Part shown: positions 9,162-19,698 of the stretch, piece after piece
Layout of the letters: the number at the start of each line of letters is the position of its first letter
How positions within the stretch are numbered: the first letter of the stretch is position 1
Assembly: GCA_037142615.1 (NCBI GenBank)
Contig: JBAXAI010000001.1
Location: 288,001 to 352,000, forward strand
Origin: Spirochaetales bacterium
Lineage (GTDB): Bacteria; Spirochaetota; Spirochaetia; JABEVK01
DNA: 64,000 nt
Direction of reading: 5' to 3'
Position numbers and translations under genes: made by a program
The notes under the pieces: generated by a model
Seen by the model: only the letters and a program-made list of their open reading frames with translations
Told to the model about the DNA's origin: nothing
Databases searched by the model: none

Positions 9162-11381
9162 ATGAAATCTTCCGAAGGAATCCGTTTCGGAATCGGCACG
9201 AAATTAATCTTGGGCTTGGGCGCCCTTATCGCCCTGTCGGTCTTGATTGGTACGATAGCCATGGTCAGCATGCTGTCGATCCAAACGACTTCGAATGAGC
9301 TTTCGGAGCAGTTTTTGCCTGAGGCACTGATCGCCAACGAAGTAGAGCGGCAAACCTTGACCCTGATGTACAACGTTCGGGGCTACTGGCTCAGCGGAGA
9401 AAGCAAGTACTACGATCAGGCGTTGCTAAACCAGCAGGCACTCCAAAAAGCGCTGGCGGACATTCAAGTCCTGCTAGACAAGTCGCCCAAGCTGGTCAAA
9501 CTGAAGGAAGCGCTTCCCAAGGCACAGGCCGCCTTTGCGACGTACTCGGAATTGATTAAGCAGACCAAGATTGGCACCGATGGCATCGTCAAAGCTCGCG
9601 ACGCCATGAATGCGGCCGCCGGAGATTTTGTCACTTCGATCACGAAGTATATCGACAACCAAAACGAATCCATGGCCAAAGACATTGCCGCCGGTGCCAA
9701 GGCGGCCGCACTCAGCCAGCGGGTCTCCAAGATCAATGAGGGAAATCTCATTATGGACCTCGGCAATGCCATCCGTATTGCCAACTTCAAGACTCAGGCG
9801 CTGCGCGATGTCAGCTATATCAACCAGCTGATGGGCAACTTCACAATCATCGACGACAAGGTGAAGGCGCTGCTTTCGATTACCGTCCAGCAACTCAACA
9901 AGGACCAGTTGAATGAGGTGACGAACTCAGTCGGCGCCTACAAGACAGCCGTGACCGACTGGCTTGCTCACAATGCCACCCTCGACAGTCTGGCAACCCA
10001 ACGTGCTACCGTCGCCACCGAGTTGGGCGACCTCGCTCAGGCTACCAGCCTCGCGGGCGTGACCATCAGTCAGGAAAAAGCCACCGCAAACTCGGTGATC
10101 ATCAGCGTCGCCAACTGGACCATCATTGCGGGACTGCTGATCTCGATCCTACTGGGAATTGGGGTCGCCTTCGTGTTGATCCGCGCCATCACAGTGCCGC
10201 TTTCATTGGTTACGGTGCTGTCGCGCAAGGTCACCGGCGGCGATTTCGCCATCGAGCGGACCACGGTGAAGAGCCGCGACGAACTCGGGGCCCTGATCGA
10301 GTCGTTCTACGACATGGTGGACGGTCTCAAGGCCAAGGCCGCGATTATCGAGAACATCGCCAACGGAAACCTGACCAACACCATTCCCTTGGCCAGCGAC
10401 GACGACAACTTGGGGCGTTCGTTGCAACTGATGCAGAAATCGCTCAATGAGATCCTGACCCAGGTCAATATTGCCGTGGAGCAGATCGCCAGTGGTTCGG
10501 ATCAGGTATCAACGGCAGCCCAGAGTCTCAGCCAAGGAGCCACCGAGCAGGCCTCAAGCCTCGAGGAAATCACGGCCAGTTCCAACGAGATTCACGGCCA
10601 GTCCAAGCAGAATGCCGAAAATGCCACAACAGCCAATCAACTGGCCAAGGTTGCCTCGAAGAACGCGCAGGAAGGTGATCAGCGCATGCAAGGCTTGATG
10701 GTTCTCATCGAGTCGATGACCAAGAGTTCGGAAGACACCAAGAAAATCGTCAAGACCATCGACGACATTGCCTTCCAGGTCAATCTGCTGGCCCTGAATG
10801 CGAACGTGGAAGCGGCGCGGGCCGGCAAGTACGGCAAGGGTTTTGCGGTCGTTGCCGAAGAAGTTCGAAACCTTGCCGTTCGGTCGGGCAACGCGGTGCG
10901 CGAGACGACGCAAATGGTTGAACAGCAGATCCTGAATATCCAGCAGGTCAACCAAACGGCCGAGGCCACTGGCGGACAGCTCAATGAAATCCTGACAAAT
11001 GCCAACAAGGTCGCCGACTTCCTCGAAGAAATCGCGGCCTCCAGCCATGAACAGGCCACCGCCATGGGGCAAATCAACGGCGGGCTCGACCAGATCGATC
11101 AGGTCACCCAGTCGAACACCGCCAGCGCCGAAGAAAGCGCCTCGGCAGCCGAGGAGCTCAGTGGCCAAGCTCAACAGCTCAAGGTCATGGTTTCTCGCTT
11201 CCAGTTGACGAAAGACGGAACCTCGGCCCGGCCGGTGGCGGCTCCACCGACCGCGCGTCACACTCTGGCAAAGGCGACCCCTCATTCGTCGGCGCCGAAA
11301 CCCTCAACTTCGAAGCCCTATACGCCCCCGGCGGGGAGCAAGCCAGACATCTTGCTGAACGACGACTTCGATACCTTCTGA
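9162..11381 (+). CDS. Methyl-accepting chemotaxis protein (periplasmic helical sensor, HAMP, signalling domain, C-terminal pentapeptide)
   Basis: GAGGAG RBS; two TM helices; HAMP (DELG.L); [34 protein letters not shown]; Pro/Ser linker then DFDTF. Confidence 0.95.
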   Translation: MKSSEGIRFGIGTKLILGLGALIALSVLIGTIAMVSMLSIQTTSNELSEQFLPEALIANEVERQTLTLMYNVRGYWLSGESKYYDQALLNQQALQKALADIQVLLDKSPKLVKLKEALPKAQAAFATYSELIKQTKIGTDGIVKARDAMNAAAGDFVTSITKYIDNQNESMAKDIAAGAKAAALSQRVSKINEGNLIMDLGNAIRIANFKTQALRDVSYINQLMGNFTIIDDKVKALLSITVQQLNKDQLNEVTNSVGAYKTAVTDWLAHNATLDSLATQRATVATELGDLAQATSLAGVTISQEKATANSVIISVANWTIIAGLLISILLGIGVAFVLIRAITVPLSLVTVLSRKVTGGDFAIERTTVKSRDELGALIESFYDMVDGLKAKAAIIENIANGNLTNTIPLASDDDNLGRSLQLMQKSLNEILTQVNIAVEQIASGSDQVSTAAQSLSQGATEQASSLEEITASSNEIHGQSKQNAENATTANQLAKVASKNAQEGDQRMQGLMVLIESMTKSSEDTKKIVKTIDDIAFQVNLLALNANVEAARAGKYGKGFAVVAEEVRNLAVRSGNAVRETTQMVEQQILNIQQVNQTAEATGGQLNEILTNANKVADFLEEIAASSHEQATAMGQINGGLDQIDQVTQSNTASAEESASAAEELSGQAQQLKVMVSRFQLTKDGTSARPVAAPPTARHTLAKATPHSSAPKPSTSKPYTPPAGSKPDILLNDDFDTF

Positions 11382-11383
11382 CC

Positions 11384-11417
11384 AAAACGGTCGCCTTGAC
11401 GGCGGCCGTTTTTTTTT
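11384..11417 (+). terminator. Rho-independent terminator after MCP
   Basis: AAAACGGTCGCC-ttgac-GGCGGCCGTTTT hairpin followed by T tract. Confidence 0.85.
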
Positions 11418-11432
11418 CTATTTTTGACGGCT

Positions 11433-12089
11433 ATGACCGTCAGCCAAGCAACCAACCGCGTTCTGGGCGTTGAACGACTGGCGCCCGGGATTTTTGTCCT
11501 GCGCTTTGAAAGAAAGGGCCTGAAGTTCGAGACAGGGCAATACCTGAGCTTGGGACTGCCAGGGCTGCGGAAAGAGCGCGAATACTCGATTTACTCCGGC
11601 GAAGCGGACCCTGAACTGAGCGTGCTTGTGAAAGAAGTTCCTTCCGGCGAAATATCCCCCCAACTTGCCAAGTTGAAGCCCGGCGACGCCTTGAACGTGT
11701 CGGGGCCGTTCGGCTATTTCCTGCTACGGCCCACCATCGGCCCCGGGTATCCATTGCTGTGGATCGCTACCGGAACCGGAATTTCGCCTTTCCGCTCCTT
11801 CGCAAGGTCCTTGCCCGAAACAGATTACGTGTTGTTGCACGGCACGAGAAGTCTGGAGGAAACCGTGCTTTCGTCGGGCTTTGCTCGCAGTCAAACGGTA
11901 TCCTGCGTTTCAGGCAGCCCAGGGGGTACCTACCATGGGCGGGTAACCGGGTATCTTTCGACCATGGAGCTTTCACCCCTAACCAGAGTCTTCCTCTGTG
12001 GGAACTGCGACATGATCTATGACGCCTTCGACTTGTTGCAGGCCAAAGGGATTCCGGCAGGCCAGATCTTCACCGAAGTGTATTACTAG
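11433..12089 (+). CDS. Ferredoxin/flavodoxin-NADP+ reductase-like oxidoreductase (paralog 2, coupled to miaB)
   Basis: REYSI, GPFG, IATGTGISPF, HGTR, FLCGN.DM, C-terminus EVYY. Confidence 0.9.
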   Translation: MTVSQATNRVLGVERLAPGIFVLRFERKGLKFETGQYLSLGLPGLRKEREYSIYSGEADPELSVLVKEVPSGEISPQLAKLKPGDALNVSGPFGYFLLRPTIGPGYPLLWIATGTGISPFRSFARSLPETDYVLLHGTRSLEETVLSSGFARSQTVSCVSGSPGGTYHGRVTGYLSTMELSPLTRVFLCGNCDMIYDAFDLLQAKGIPAGQIFTEVYY

Positions 12090-12096
12090 GAGCCTC

Positions 12097-13410
12097 ATGA
12101 AGTACTACATCCTGAATCTGGGCTGCCAGATGAACCAGGCCGACTCGGAGCGCATTCAGTCGGTATTGGAAACCATGGGGCTCCAGAAGACCGACGACGA
12201 GGCCCAAGCTTCCGTTCTTGGCCTGGTCGCCTGTTCCGTGCGTCAGAAAGCGATCGACCGGGTCCACACCAAGATCCACGAATGGAACGAACGCAAGGCG
12301 CAAGAAAACGTCGTGACCTTTCTTTCGGGCTGCGTACTACCAGCGGATGAAGACGCTTTTCTGAAGAAGTTCGACCTGATGTTCTCGATTGCCGACCTCG
12401 GCAAGTTGCCGGAACTCCTGAGGGGGCACGGAATCGTAACGCCCCTGAGTCAGACCTTGCCCGCTGGCAACGGTCTGGATCACTTCTGGAACGTGGTTCC
12501 CCAGTATTCCAGCACCTTCGAAGCGTATGTCCCCATTCAAAACGGGTGCGACAAGTTCTGTACGTTCTGCGCCGTTCCCTACACCCGAGGCCGTGAGGTC
12601 TCGCGGCCTTCAGCAGCCATCCTGCAAGAGGTGAGGGACCTTGTCGACAAGGGATTCAAAAGTATTACCCTGCTGGGACAAAACGTGAACAGCTATGGCC
12701 TCGACAAGCCCGGTGAAGAACTTTCGTTCGTCAATCTGCTGACCCAGATCGGCGAATACGGTCGTTCAACCGGCCGGGAGTTCTGGGTCTACTTCACTTC
12801 GCCGCATCCCCGAGATATGGGAACCGATATCCTCGAGGCCATCCGGGACTTTCCGGTACTCGCAAAACATATTCACTTGCCCTTGCAGTCGGGTGATGAC
12901 AAGGTTCTGATCCGGATGAACCGCAATCATTCGATGGACCGTTACCGATCTCTCGTCGGCACCTTGCGCGAACTACTCCCGGAGGCGACGCTGGTTACCG
13001 ACATCATCGTAGGCTTCACAGGAGAGTCAGTCGAACAGTTCGAGAATACACGGTTGGCGATGCGGGAGTTTGGCTACCAAATGGCTTTTGTCGCTGCCTA
13101 CAGCCCACGACCCGGCGCGGCCTCGGCCCGCTGGAACGACGATGTTCCTCTGGGCGAGAAGAAGCGTCGCTTGCAAGTTTTGACCGAAGAGCTTCACCTG
13201 AGCTCGCTGGAGTTTAACCGCAAGCTTTTGGGAAGAAACCTTCGGGTGCTCGTGGAACGCCAAGACAAGAAGGCCGGCTATTTGGCCGCAAGAACCGAGG
13301 GCAAGATCCCGATCCGGTTTGCTTCTTCCGATCTTTCACTCATCGGATCCTTCGTGTCGGTTGTCGTTGAGTCGGTGGTTCCCCTTTCGATAGAGGGCAG
13401 ACTCGTCTGA
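12097..13410 (+). CDS. miaB: tRNA-2-methylthio-N6-dimethylallyladenosine synthase (radical SAM methylthiotransferase)
   Basis: GCQMN, ACSVRQKA, SGC; CDKFCTFC; LLGQNVNSYG; TDIIVGF; TRAM C-terminus; AGGAG RBS overlapping the upstream TAG. Confidence 0.93.
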   Translation: MKYYILNLGCQMNQADSERIQSVLETMGLQKTDDEAQASVLGLVACSVRQKAIDRVHTKIHEWNERKAQENVVTFLSGCVLPADEDAFLKKFDLMFSIADLGKLPELLRGHGIVTPLSQTLPAGNGLDHFWNVVPQYSSTFEAYVPIQNGCDKFCTFCAVPYTRGREVSRPSAAILQEVRDLVDKGFKSITLLGQNVNSYGLDKPGEELSFVNLLTQIGEYGRSTGREFWVYFTSPHPRDMGTDILEAIRDFPVLAKHIHLPLQSGDDKVLIRMNRNHSMDRYRSLVGTLRELLPEATLVTDIIVGFTGESVEQFENTRLAMREFGYQMAFVAAYSPRPGAASARWNDDVPLGEKKRRLQVLTEELHLSSLEFNRKLLGRNLRVLVERQDKKAGYLAARTEGKIPIRFASSDLSLIGSFVSVVVESVVPLSIEGRLV

Positions 13411-13461
13411 AAACAGGGTTGTTTCCTCAACGGTTGGCACTAGAATGAAAGGGGGGACGAA

Positions 13462-14607
13462 ATGGCGGAGAACGAACATCCCAGGATTCTCGTGGTCGAT
13501 GACGTTGCTGCAAACGTGGCTATGGTGGGAGCCGTCTTGAGGGCCGAGGGCTTTCTGGTCAGCGGTGCGCAGGGAGCGGTCGAGGCGATGGAAGTCCTAC
13601 AGAGTCAGAGCGTTGATTTGATCCTGCTCGACGTGATGATGCCGGTAACGAACGGGTTCGATTTTTCTCGGCGCCTCCACGCAATGCCGGAGACCGCCGA
13701 TCTTCCTGTAATCTTCCTGTCGGCGCTGTCGAATGAGCACGAGATTGTTCAGGGCTTTGAGGCGGGCGGCGTCGACTATGTCTCCAAGCCGTTTCATAAG
13801 CAGGAACTCTTGTCGCGGGTGCGTACCCATTTGACACTTCGGAAGGCACGCCAGGACCTCAAGGAGCAGAACCTCGTGCTGGCCCGCACGTCGCGTGAAC
13901 TGAAGGAATCCAATCTGGCCCGGGACAAGTTCCTTTCGATCCTCGCACACGACCTGAGGAACCCTTTTGCTGGAATCATGTCTTTGCAAGGTGAAATCCG
14001 CGACAATCTGGAAACCTTCAGTGCCGGGGAACTTCGCTCGGCGGTAGATGCCATCCAGACCTCGACGCAGGCTATCTATAACCTACTCACTACGCTCCTT
14101 GAGTGGGGCAAGGCCCAGACCGGCGTAGCCGTCTTTCAGTTTTCTTCCTTTTCCGTCAGTTCGGCGGTCGAGCAGGCCTTGGCGCCCCTTCAGTCGATGC
14201 TGGCACTCAAGGAACTCACCCTCCGCGTGGAAGTGGGGGCAACTCAGGTGTGGGCCGAACTGGCAAGCGTGGTTTCGATCATTCGAAATCTGCTTTCCAA
14301 CGCGGTGAAGTTTACCAAACGAAGTGGGCTGATCACCGTCGTTGCCCGAACAGAGGGCGACCAAACTGTGATAGAAGTGAAGGACACGGGGTTAGGCATG
14401 ACGCCCGAAATGCAGGATCAACTCTTCCGGCTCGACGTGAAGGTATCGACTCTCGGTACCGAAAAAGAGTCCGGGACGGGCCTGGGGCTCCTGCTGTGCA
14501 GGGAGTTTGCGGACCGAAACAGCGGGAGTCTGGATGTGGAGAGCGTATCGGGAGTAGGAACGGTCTTCCGGCTGAGACTTCCCTCCAACAAGGATGGTGG
14601 AACATGA
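13462..14607 (+). CDS. Hybrid response regulator receiver-histidine kinase
   Basis: ILVVDD, LLDVMMP, KPF receiver; AHDLRNP H-box; [20 protein letters not shown]. Confidence 0.93.
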   Translation: MAENEHPRILVVDDVAANVAMVGAVLRAEGFLVSGAQGAVEAMEVLQSQSVDLILLDVMMPVTNGFDFSRRLHAMPETADLPVIFLSALSNEHEIVQGFEAGGVDYVSKPFHKQELLSRVRTHLTLRKARQDLKEQNLVLARTSRELKESNLARDKFLSILAHDLRNPFAGIMSLQGEIRDNLETFSAGELRSAVDAIQTSTQAIYNLLTTLLEWGKAQTGVAVFQFSSFSVSSAVEQALAPLQSMLALKELTLRVEVGATQVWAELASVVSIIRNLLSNAVKFTKRSGLITVVARTEGDQTVIEVKDTGLGMTPEMQDQLFRLDVKVSTLGTEKESGTGLGLLLCREFADRNSGSLDVESVSGVGTVFRLRLPSNKDGGT

Positions 14608-16385
14608 GATGGAAGTTGAGGATAGGTCAACGAATCTTCGGAATGGTCGGGCTGAACGCGGTGTTGTTGACCCTTTTTGCGGCACTTTCACTGGCGTTTG
14701 TTCCGCAGGTCAACGACCTCTTCGAGCATTCGAGACAAATCATGGAACAGGAGAAGCTTGTCCAGAACCTCCAACTGGAGACTTCGAACATGTGGCAGTT
14801 CCTCACCGATGCCTCGCTGACGCGGAATCTCGATGCGATAGAGATCGATGCACAGAGTGCTTACGAGCGGTGTAAAACCTACCTTGAGAAGCTGCTCTTT
14901 CTTACTCAAAGTGCCGAAGCGTTTCGCAACGACCTGACCCAATACAAGGCTCATCTTGACGAGTTCTTTTCGGCAGGGAGAGACATGTTTACCTCGTATG
15001 GCACGAACACCGCATCCGGAAATGTGGCGATGACGAAGTTCGATGCCCAAGGTGCCAAGCTGCTTGATGACTTGAGTATCATTGTCCGTGACAGCAATGC
15101 TCTGGAAACAGGCCTTGACTCCGACTTCAAGGCGGGAGTTTCCTGGTACACGCTGCAGATTCTGGGAATCTTCGCGGCCGTACTCCTGATTCTGCTGGTT
15201 ACCGGTTTTTCACTTTCCACCATGTTGCGGCGCCCACTGGCTGACCTGAAGGAGAGCCTGCGTCTGTTGTCGCGTGACGGCGCTGCCCATGCCTTTGAGC
15301 TGACTCGGACCGGAAGCGATGAGCTGGGGCAGGTGACCGGTTTCTACAACTTGTTCCTGACGGGCATCAAGGAACGTGACCGCAGCCTGACCGACGTTGC
15401 CACGGCGGCGACGATGATTTCGGAGCGCTCCGAGCGCAAGGTGATGTTCCTGGAAGAGCTTTACCGAGCCATTGCCGACAACATCGAGAAGATCTTCCAG
15501 TCTCGCACCATGTCGCAGAACATTCTCGAGAACTACGTCGATTCCTTCCGTGACATCCGCAAGACCTTGAACCAGTCCATCATGAAGACCAAGAACCAGA
15601 ACTACTCCGTTCAGCAAGGTACCCAGACGGTAGTTGGGATTGTGAAGCAACTTGCGAGCATCGAAGCCTCGACAGCGGATCATCTGGCGGAGATGATGCA
15701 GCTTCGACAGCGTTCCGAGGATGGAACCCTAATTCTGCAAGAAAGCCGCCGAACTATCGACGGGATTCGTGAATCCACCAAAGAGCTCGAAAAAATAGCC
15801 GAAATCATCAACGACGTCTCGCAGAAGACAAACCTCTTGGCGATGAATGCCGCGATCGAAGCCGCCCACGCGGGCAATTCGGGCAAGGGTTTTGCCGTTG
15901 TTGCCGACGAGATACGGCGACTGGCCGAGACGACACAACTCAATGCGGAAATCATCACCGCCAACTCGCAGGTGATCACCAAAAAACTCTTGGTGGCCTC
16001 GGGGTTGAACAGCAAGGGAGTCGACGCGTTCCAAGACCTCAGGGATGAGTTCTTCCGCCTTTCGGAAGAGTTCTCCGCAATTACCCGGGACCTGGTTTCC
16101 ACTTCGCAGGATGCGGGTTCAATAGGCAACCAACTGACGGGTCTGAGCGAATCCACACAAACCCTGGAAGACACTACCCAAGGAGTTTCCCTCGGCACGG
16201 CGGGTATCGAAACGGCTCTTGCAGGGATTGCTGACCTCCTGAAGTCAACGAACAAAGACTATCTCGAAATCGAGCGCTACCTTTTCGACTTTGGAAAGGA
16301 ACTTCAAGAACTCAAAGACGCCGTTCTCGAAGAGAGGGAGAAGCAGACCCTCATGGAAGCTCAGATCAAGGCGGTTCGAAGGTGA
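14604..16385 (+). CDS. Methyl-accepting chemotaxis protein
   Basis: Two TM segments, HAMP (DELG), [32 protein letters not shown]; ATGA overlap with kinase. Confidence 0.9.
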   Translation: MRWKLRIGQRIFGMVGLNAVLLTLFAALSLAFVPQVNDLFEHSRQIMEQEKLVQNLQLETSNMWQFLTDASLTRNLDAIEIDAQSAYERCKTYLEKLLFLTQSAEAFRNDLTQYKAHLDEFFSAGRDMFTSYGTNTASGNVAMTKFDAQGAKLLDDLSIIVRDSNALETGLDSDFKAGVSWYTLQILGIFAAVLLILLVTGFSLSTMLRRPLADLKESLRLLSRDGAAHAFELTRTGSDELGQVTGFYNLFLTGIKERDRSLTDVATAATMISERSERKVMFLEELYRAIADNIEKIFQSRTMSQNILENYVDSFRDIRKTLNQSIMKTKNQNYSVQQGTQTVVGIVKQLASIEASTADHLAEMMQLRQRSEDGTLILQESRRTIDGIRESTKELEKIAEIINDVSQKTNLLAMNAAIEAAHAGNSGKGFAVVADEIRRLAETTQLNAEIITANSQVITKKLLVASGLNSKGVDAFQDLRDEFFRLSEEFSAITRDLVSTSQDAGSIGNQLTGLSESTQTLEDTTQGVSLGTAGIETALAGIADLLKSTNKDYLEIERYLFDFGKELQELKDAVLEEREKQTLMEAQIKAVRR

Positions 16386-17302
16386 TCAAGGTTAAGTCCT
16401 CGCGTGGAGACAAGGAGTACCTGATTGCCAGAGCGCGCGACAGGATGACGCAGTTTCTGATCGCGGATGGCACAGTTCGAGGAACCTGGGTTCAGGCCAA
16501 TCTGGTGCTGGAGGAAATGGCCCTCAACCATGCACTGGGCCCCTTTGAGACGCTCATTCTCGGACAGGCTTATGTTGCAGCATTGCTGATCTCGTCGACT
16601 CTGAAAGGGGAGGACCGTTTCCACCTGAGCATTTCGGTAGACGGCCCCGTGCGTGGATTCTCCGTTGAAGCCAACGCGTTCGGCGCGGTAAGGGGCTACC
16701 TGCTCGAGAATCCGATCAGGATTCCTGCCGAGTGGGGCGAAGCCACTTTGGCGCAGGTTTTGGGAAACGGGTCACTAACGGTGACCAGATACCTCGAGAA
16801 GAACACCCAACCCATGATGGGCACTGTCGAGTACCTTCCCAACTCGCTGGCCGAAAGTCTTGCCTACTACTATCAACAGTCCGAGCAGACCTCGACTGCC
16901 TTCTTGCTAAGTCTTCCTTTTGATCGGGAAGGCCACCTGCTCGGAGCCGGCGGGTTGATGCTGCAGGCGATGCCCGGGGTGAAGGCGGAGGTTTGGGACT
17001 CCATGGTGAGCCGGTTGAGTACTTTGCCCAGCGTTGGCGAAAACGCTGCCGAAAGTCACGATCCGTCGGCCCTGCTCCAATTTTGGTTTTCGGACGCTCA
17101 CCCTCAGATCCTTGACTCGAAACGTGTCGAGTTCTTTTGTCAGTGTTCCAAGGACAGGTTCTCTCAGGTGATGAAAACCTTGCCTGCGGACGACAGGGAA
17201 GAGATCCTCTCCCAAGGGCCTTTCCCGATGGAAACTAAATGCCACCACTGCAATTCTGCTTACTGGTTCAAGAAGACTGAGCTGGAGCAACTGTGGGCCT
17301 GA
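16382..17302 (+). CDS. hslO: Hsp33 redox-regulated chaperone
   Basis: YY.QSEQ, GGLMLQ.MP, C-terminal CQC...CHHC zinc motif. Confidence 0.92.
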   Translation: MIKVKSSRGDKEYLIARARDRMTQFLIADGTVRGTWVQANLVLEEMALNHALGPFETLILGQAYVAALLISSTLKGEDRFHLSISVDGPVRGFSVEANAFGAVRGYLLENPIRIPAEWGEATLAQVLGNGSLTVTRYLEKNTQPMMGTVEYLPNSLAESLAYYYQQSEQTSTAFLLSLPFDREGHLLGAGGLMLQAMPGVKAEVWDSMVSRLSTLPSVGENAAESHDPSALLQFWFSDAHPQILDSKRVEFFCQCSKDRFSQVMKTLPADDREEILSQGPFPMETKCHHCNSAYWFKKTELEQLWA

Positions 17303-18288
17303 GCGCGAGGGGACTCTTTCACGTAGCTCCTCTGCAGGTAGAAGTCCGTCCCGTCGAACTTCGGCCTTTGAGCTCTGTGAGTCTGACGCTGAAGACTGAT
17401 TTCTCGGCGATCAGCTCAGGAACAGAGCGCCTTCTTTTCACGGGTCAGTTTCCCGAGGAACTCGAGCTCGATGCTGTGATCCCAGAGCTCCAAAGGGCAA
17501 TCGGCTATCCGTTTGCCTATGGTTATAGCCTTGTGGGACGTTGTGTCGAAGTCGGGACGAAGGTTGACCCGGTACTTCTGGGAAAGAGTTTCTTCGCCTT
17601 TCATCCCCATCAGGACGTCTGCCGTTTGCCGCTGGAGAGGGTCATGCCGGTTCCCGACGAGATTCCCCTGCGAAGGGCGCTGTTTTACCCCTTTCTTGAG
17701 ACCGCAATAACCCTGGTGCTCGACGCGGCGCCTCTCTGGGGTGAACGGGTTGCTGTTTTCGGTCTGGGAACGATAGGACTGCTGGTGACACGTATCTTGA
17801 GCAAGTTCCCACTGGCCAATCTCACGGCTTTTGAGCCACAATCTGCCCGCAGGACCCGTGGACTCGCAGCCGGGGCCTCGGTCTGCCTGTCAGGACCTCA
17901 CGAATCTGGCACCGACAACTTTGACGTGGTGATCGAACTGTCGGGGACACAACAAGGACTGAGCGAGGCTTTCAGGGTCGTTGGCTTTTCGGGCAGGATT
18001 GTTTCAGGGTCTTGGCACGGCCAGTCCCCGGTGGATTCCGGAGCACGAACCGCGTTTCATCGCAAACGGGTCACGCTCATTTCCAGTCAAGTCAGCACAA
18101 TCGCGCCTGCCTTGAGTGCGCGCTGGACCAAGGAACGACGGGCCGCCCAAACTTGGCAACTGCTTGCCATCACGGACTTGGAGTCCGACATCGCGGCTGA
18201 AGTCCCGTTCGAGGATTCCGCTGAAGCGTTCCGTTCACTGATCTCCGGAGCAGCTTCGGGGCAGATCGTTCTGACCTACCCCGAATGA
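17293..18288 (+). CDS. Medium-chain dehydrogenase/reductase (zinc-binding ADH-like family)
   Basis: SAISSGTE, YGYSLVG, FHPHQ, GLGTIG Rossmann motif, FHRKR..LISSQV. Confidence 0.85.
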   Translation: MGLSARGLFHVAPLQVEVRPVELRPLSSVSLTLKTDFSAISSGTERLLFTGQFPEELELDAVIPELQRAIGYPFAYGYSLVGRCVEVGTKVDPVLLGKSFFAFHPHQDVCRLPLERVMPVPDEIPLRRALFYPFLETAITLVLDAAPLWGERVAVFGLGTIGLLVTRILSKFPLANLTAFEPQSARRTRGLAAGASVCLSGPHESGTDNFDVVIELSGTQQGLSEAFRVVGFSGRIVSGSWHGQSPVDSGARTAFHRKRVTLISSQVSTIAPALSARWTKERRAAQTWQLLAITDLESDIAAEVPFEDSAEAFRSLISGAASGQIVLTYPE

Positions 18289-18292
18289 CCTG

Positions 18293-19642
18293 CTAACGGA
18301 GTTCGTTCACAACGTCGACGACCGACTTAGGCGCCAACGTTGTGGTTTTTCCAGCAACGACGGTGACCTTGGCCTCAACAGCGACGGGACCCGCTTCGAG
18401 CCGGATCTTATAGGTTCCTTGGGGGAGGCCCAGAAGTAAAGGCTTGTCTTTCTGTTCCACATCGTTCACGAAGACCCTTACCAAGCGCTGATTAGCGGCC
18501 TGGATCCAACCATCGGTCTTGATTTGGATGGTTCCAAGCTCGGGTATCAGGCCAACGCTGATCGAGGTCGGATTGGCAGGCATGTCAAACTGCTGGTTAT
18601 ACATCTGGTATCCCAATGCGGTCACAACCAGATTATGGATTCCAGGAGTAACCGAAACCGGGTTTGAAACCACCTGCTGGTTGTCGATCGTGATAAGCGC
18701 ACCAGGGACGTTCACGGCAACATTCAGGGCGAACAAGGCGGGAACCAAAGTGATGTTCAGGATGTTGGGCTGGGCCTGCATCGTGAATTGTAGCGAGTAA
18801 GGTTGGTACCCTGGGGCGGTGACGAGAAGAGTGTGGTTACCTTGGGCAAGGGCGACGGGAAATGCCGGTACCGGTGTATTATCAATCTGCACGTTGGCCC
18901 CGTTCACGTTGGTCCGCACCGTCAACGGAAAGCTGGCCGGCTGAAGCGTCACCGTCATGTTGATGCCGCGGGCACCCATCGAGATATTCTGGGTGAAGGG
19001 CTGAAAACCGGGCGCAGTGACGGTCAAAGTATGGGGCCCAGCGCTGATCATCGAGGGGATGGTGATTGCCGTGTTGTCGACGAGGATTGTGGCTCCGGGT
19101 ACGTTGACGCTGACATTGAGCGGGAATCCAGCGGCCTGCAACGTGACATTGATGGTTTGGGCGCCTGCGGGCATGTTGAACGACTGATTCCACGGGCTGA
19201 AGCCCATCGCAGTTACGGTGAGCGTGTGGTTGCCCGCCGTCAGCGCGACAGGGTTGGAGGCTATGGCCTGGTTGTCAATCAGAATCTGAGCCCCCGGAAC
19301 ATTGACGGCGATACTCAGGGGGAAGGACCTCACCACAGGGGCCGCAGGAAGCACCGGATTGTAGGGTATTGTCGTATCACCGTTGATCTTGGCGTTGACG
19401 GTATTGACCGGCTGCCCAGGGACCAGGAAGCCCAGCACGTGCTGACCAGGCTTGACGTAAACCGTGAACGGGATAGTTCCGGCATCCTGTCCGTCGATGG
19501 TGACCTGCACGTTGGCCAAATTGGATTGAAACTCAAGTTTGAAAAGGCCTAGGGCCTTCTGGGACGAAAAGGCCTGACCGGCCAAGCCAACCGAGCAGAA
19601 CAACACGGTCAGAGCGGCAAGCATCAAAACGGGTTTTTTCAT
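18293..19642 (-). CDS. Exported PEGA-repeat protein
   Basis: Signal peptide MKKPVLMLAAL...; tandem ~65-aa beta repeats FPL.V.VNVPGA.I.IDN...G.HTL.VTAPG; GGAG RBS. Confidence 0.85.
   Translation of the reverse strand: MKKPVLMLAALTVLFCSVGLAGQAFSSQKALGLFKLEFQSNLANVQVTIDGQDAGTIPFTVYVKPGQHVLGFLVPGQPVNTVNAKINGDTTIPYNPVLPAAPVVRSFPLSIAVNVPGAQILIDNQAIASNPVALTAGNHTLTVTAMGFSPWNQSFNMPAGAQTINVTLQAAGFPLNVSVNVPGATILVDNTAITIPSMISAGPHTLTVTAPGFQPFTQNISMGARGINMTVTLQPASFPLTVRTNVNGANVQIDNTPVPAFPVALAQGNHTLLVTAPGYQPYSLQFTMQAQPNILNITLVPALFALNVAVNVPGALITIDNQQVVSNPVSVTPGIHNLVVTALGYQMYNQQFDMPANPTSISVGLIPELGTIQIKTDGWIQAANQRLVRVFVNDVEQKDKPLLLGLPQGTYKIRLEAGPVAVEAKVTVVAGKTTTLAPKSVVDVVNELR
18545..19330 (-). repeat. Four tandem PEGA-like units (approximate bounds)
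   Basis: Repeated peptides FPLSIAVNVPGAQ / FPLNVSVNVPGAT / FPLTVRTNVNGAN / FALNVAVNVPGAL, each followed by GxHxLxVTAxG. Confidence 0.8.
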
Positions 19643-19698
19643 GGACACTCCTTGGACAAACAATTCAGCTTCTTATTATACCTTTGCGGCCGAGAAAA

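Noticed and set aside
13434-13450. TTGGCAC, a possible sigma54 -24 box upstream of the hybrid kinase
   Set aside because: The -12 position reads TGAA rather than TTGC; a sigma70-like TAGAAT explains the region better.
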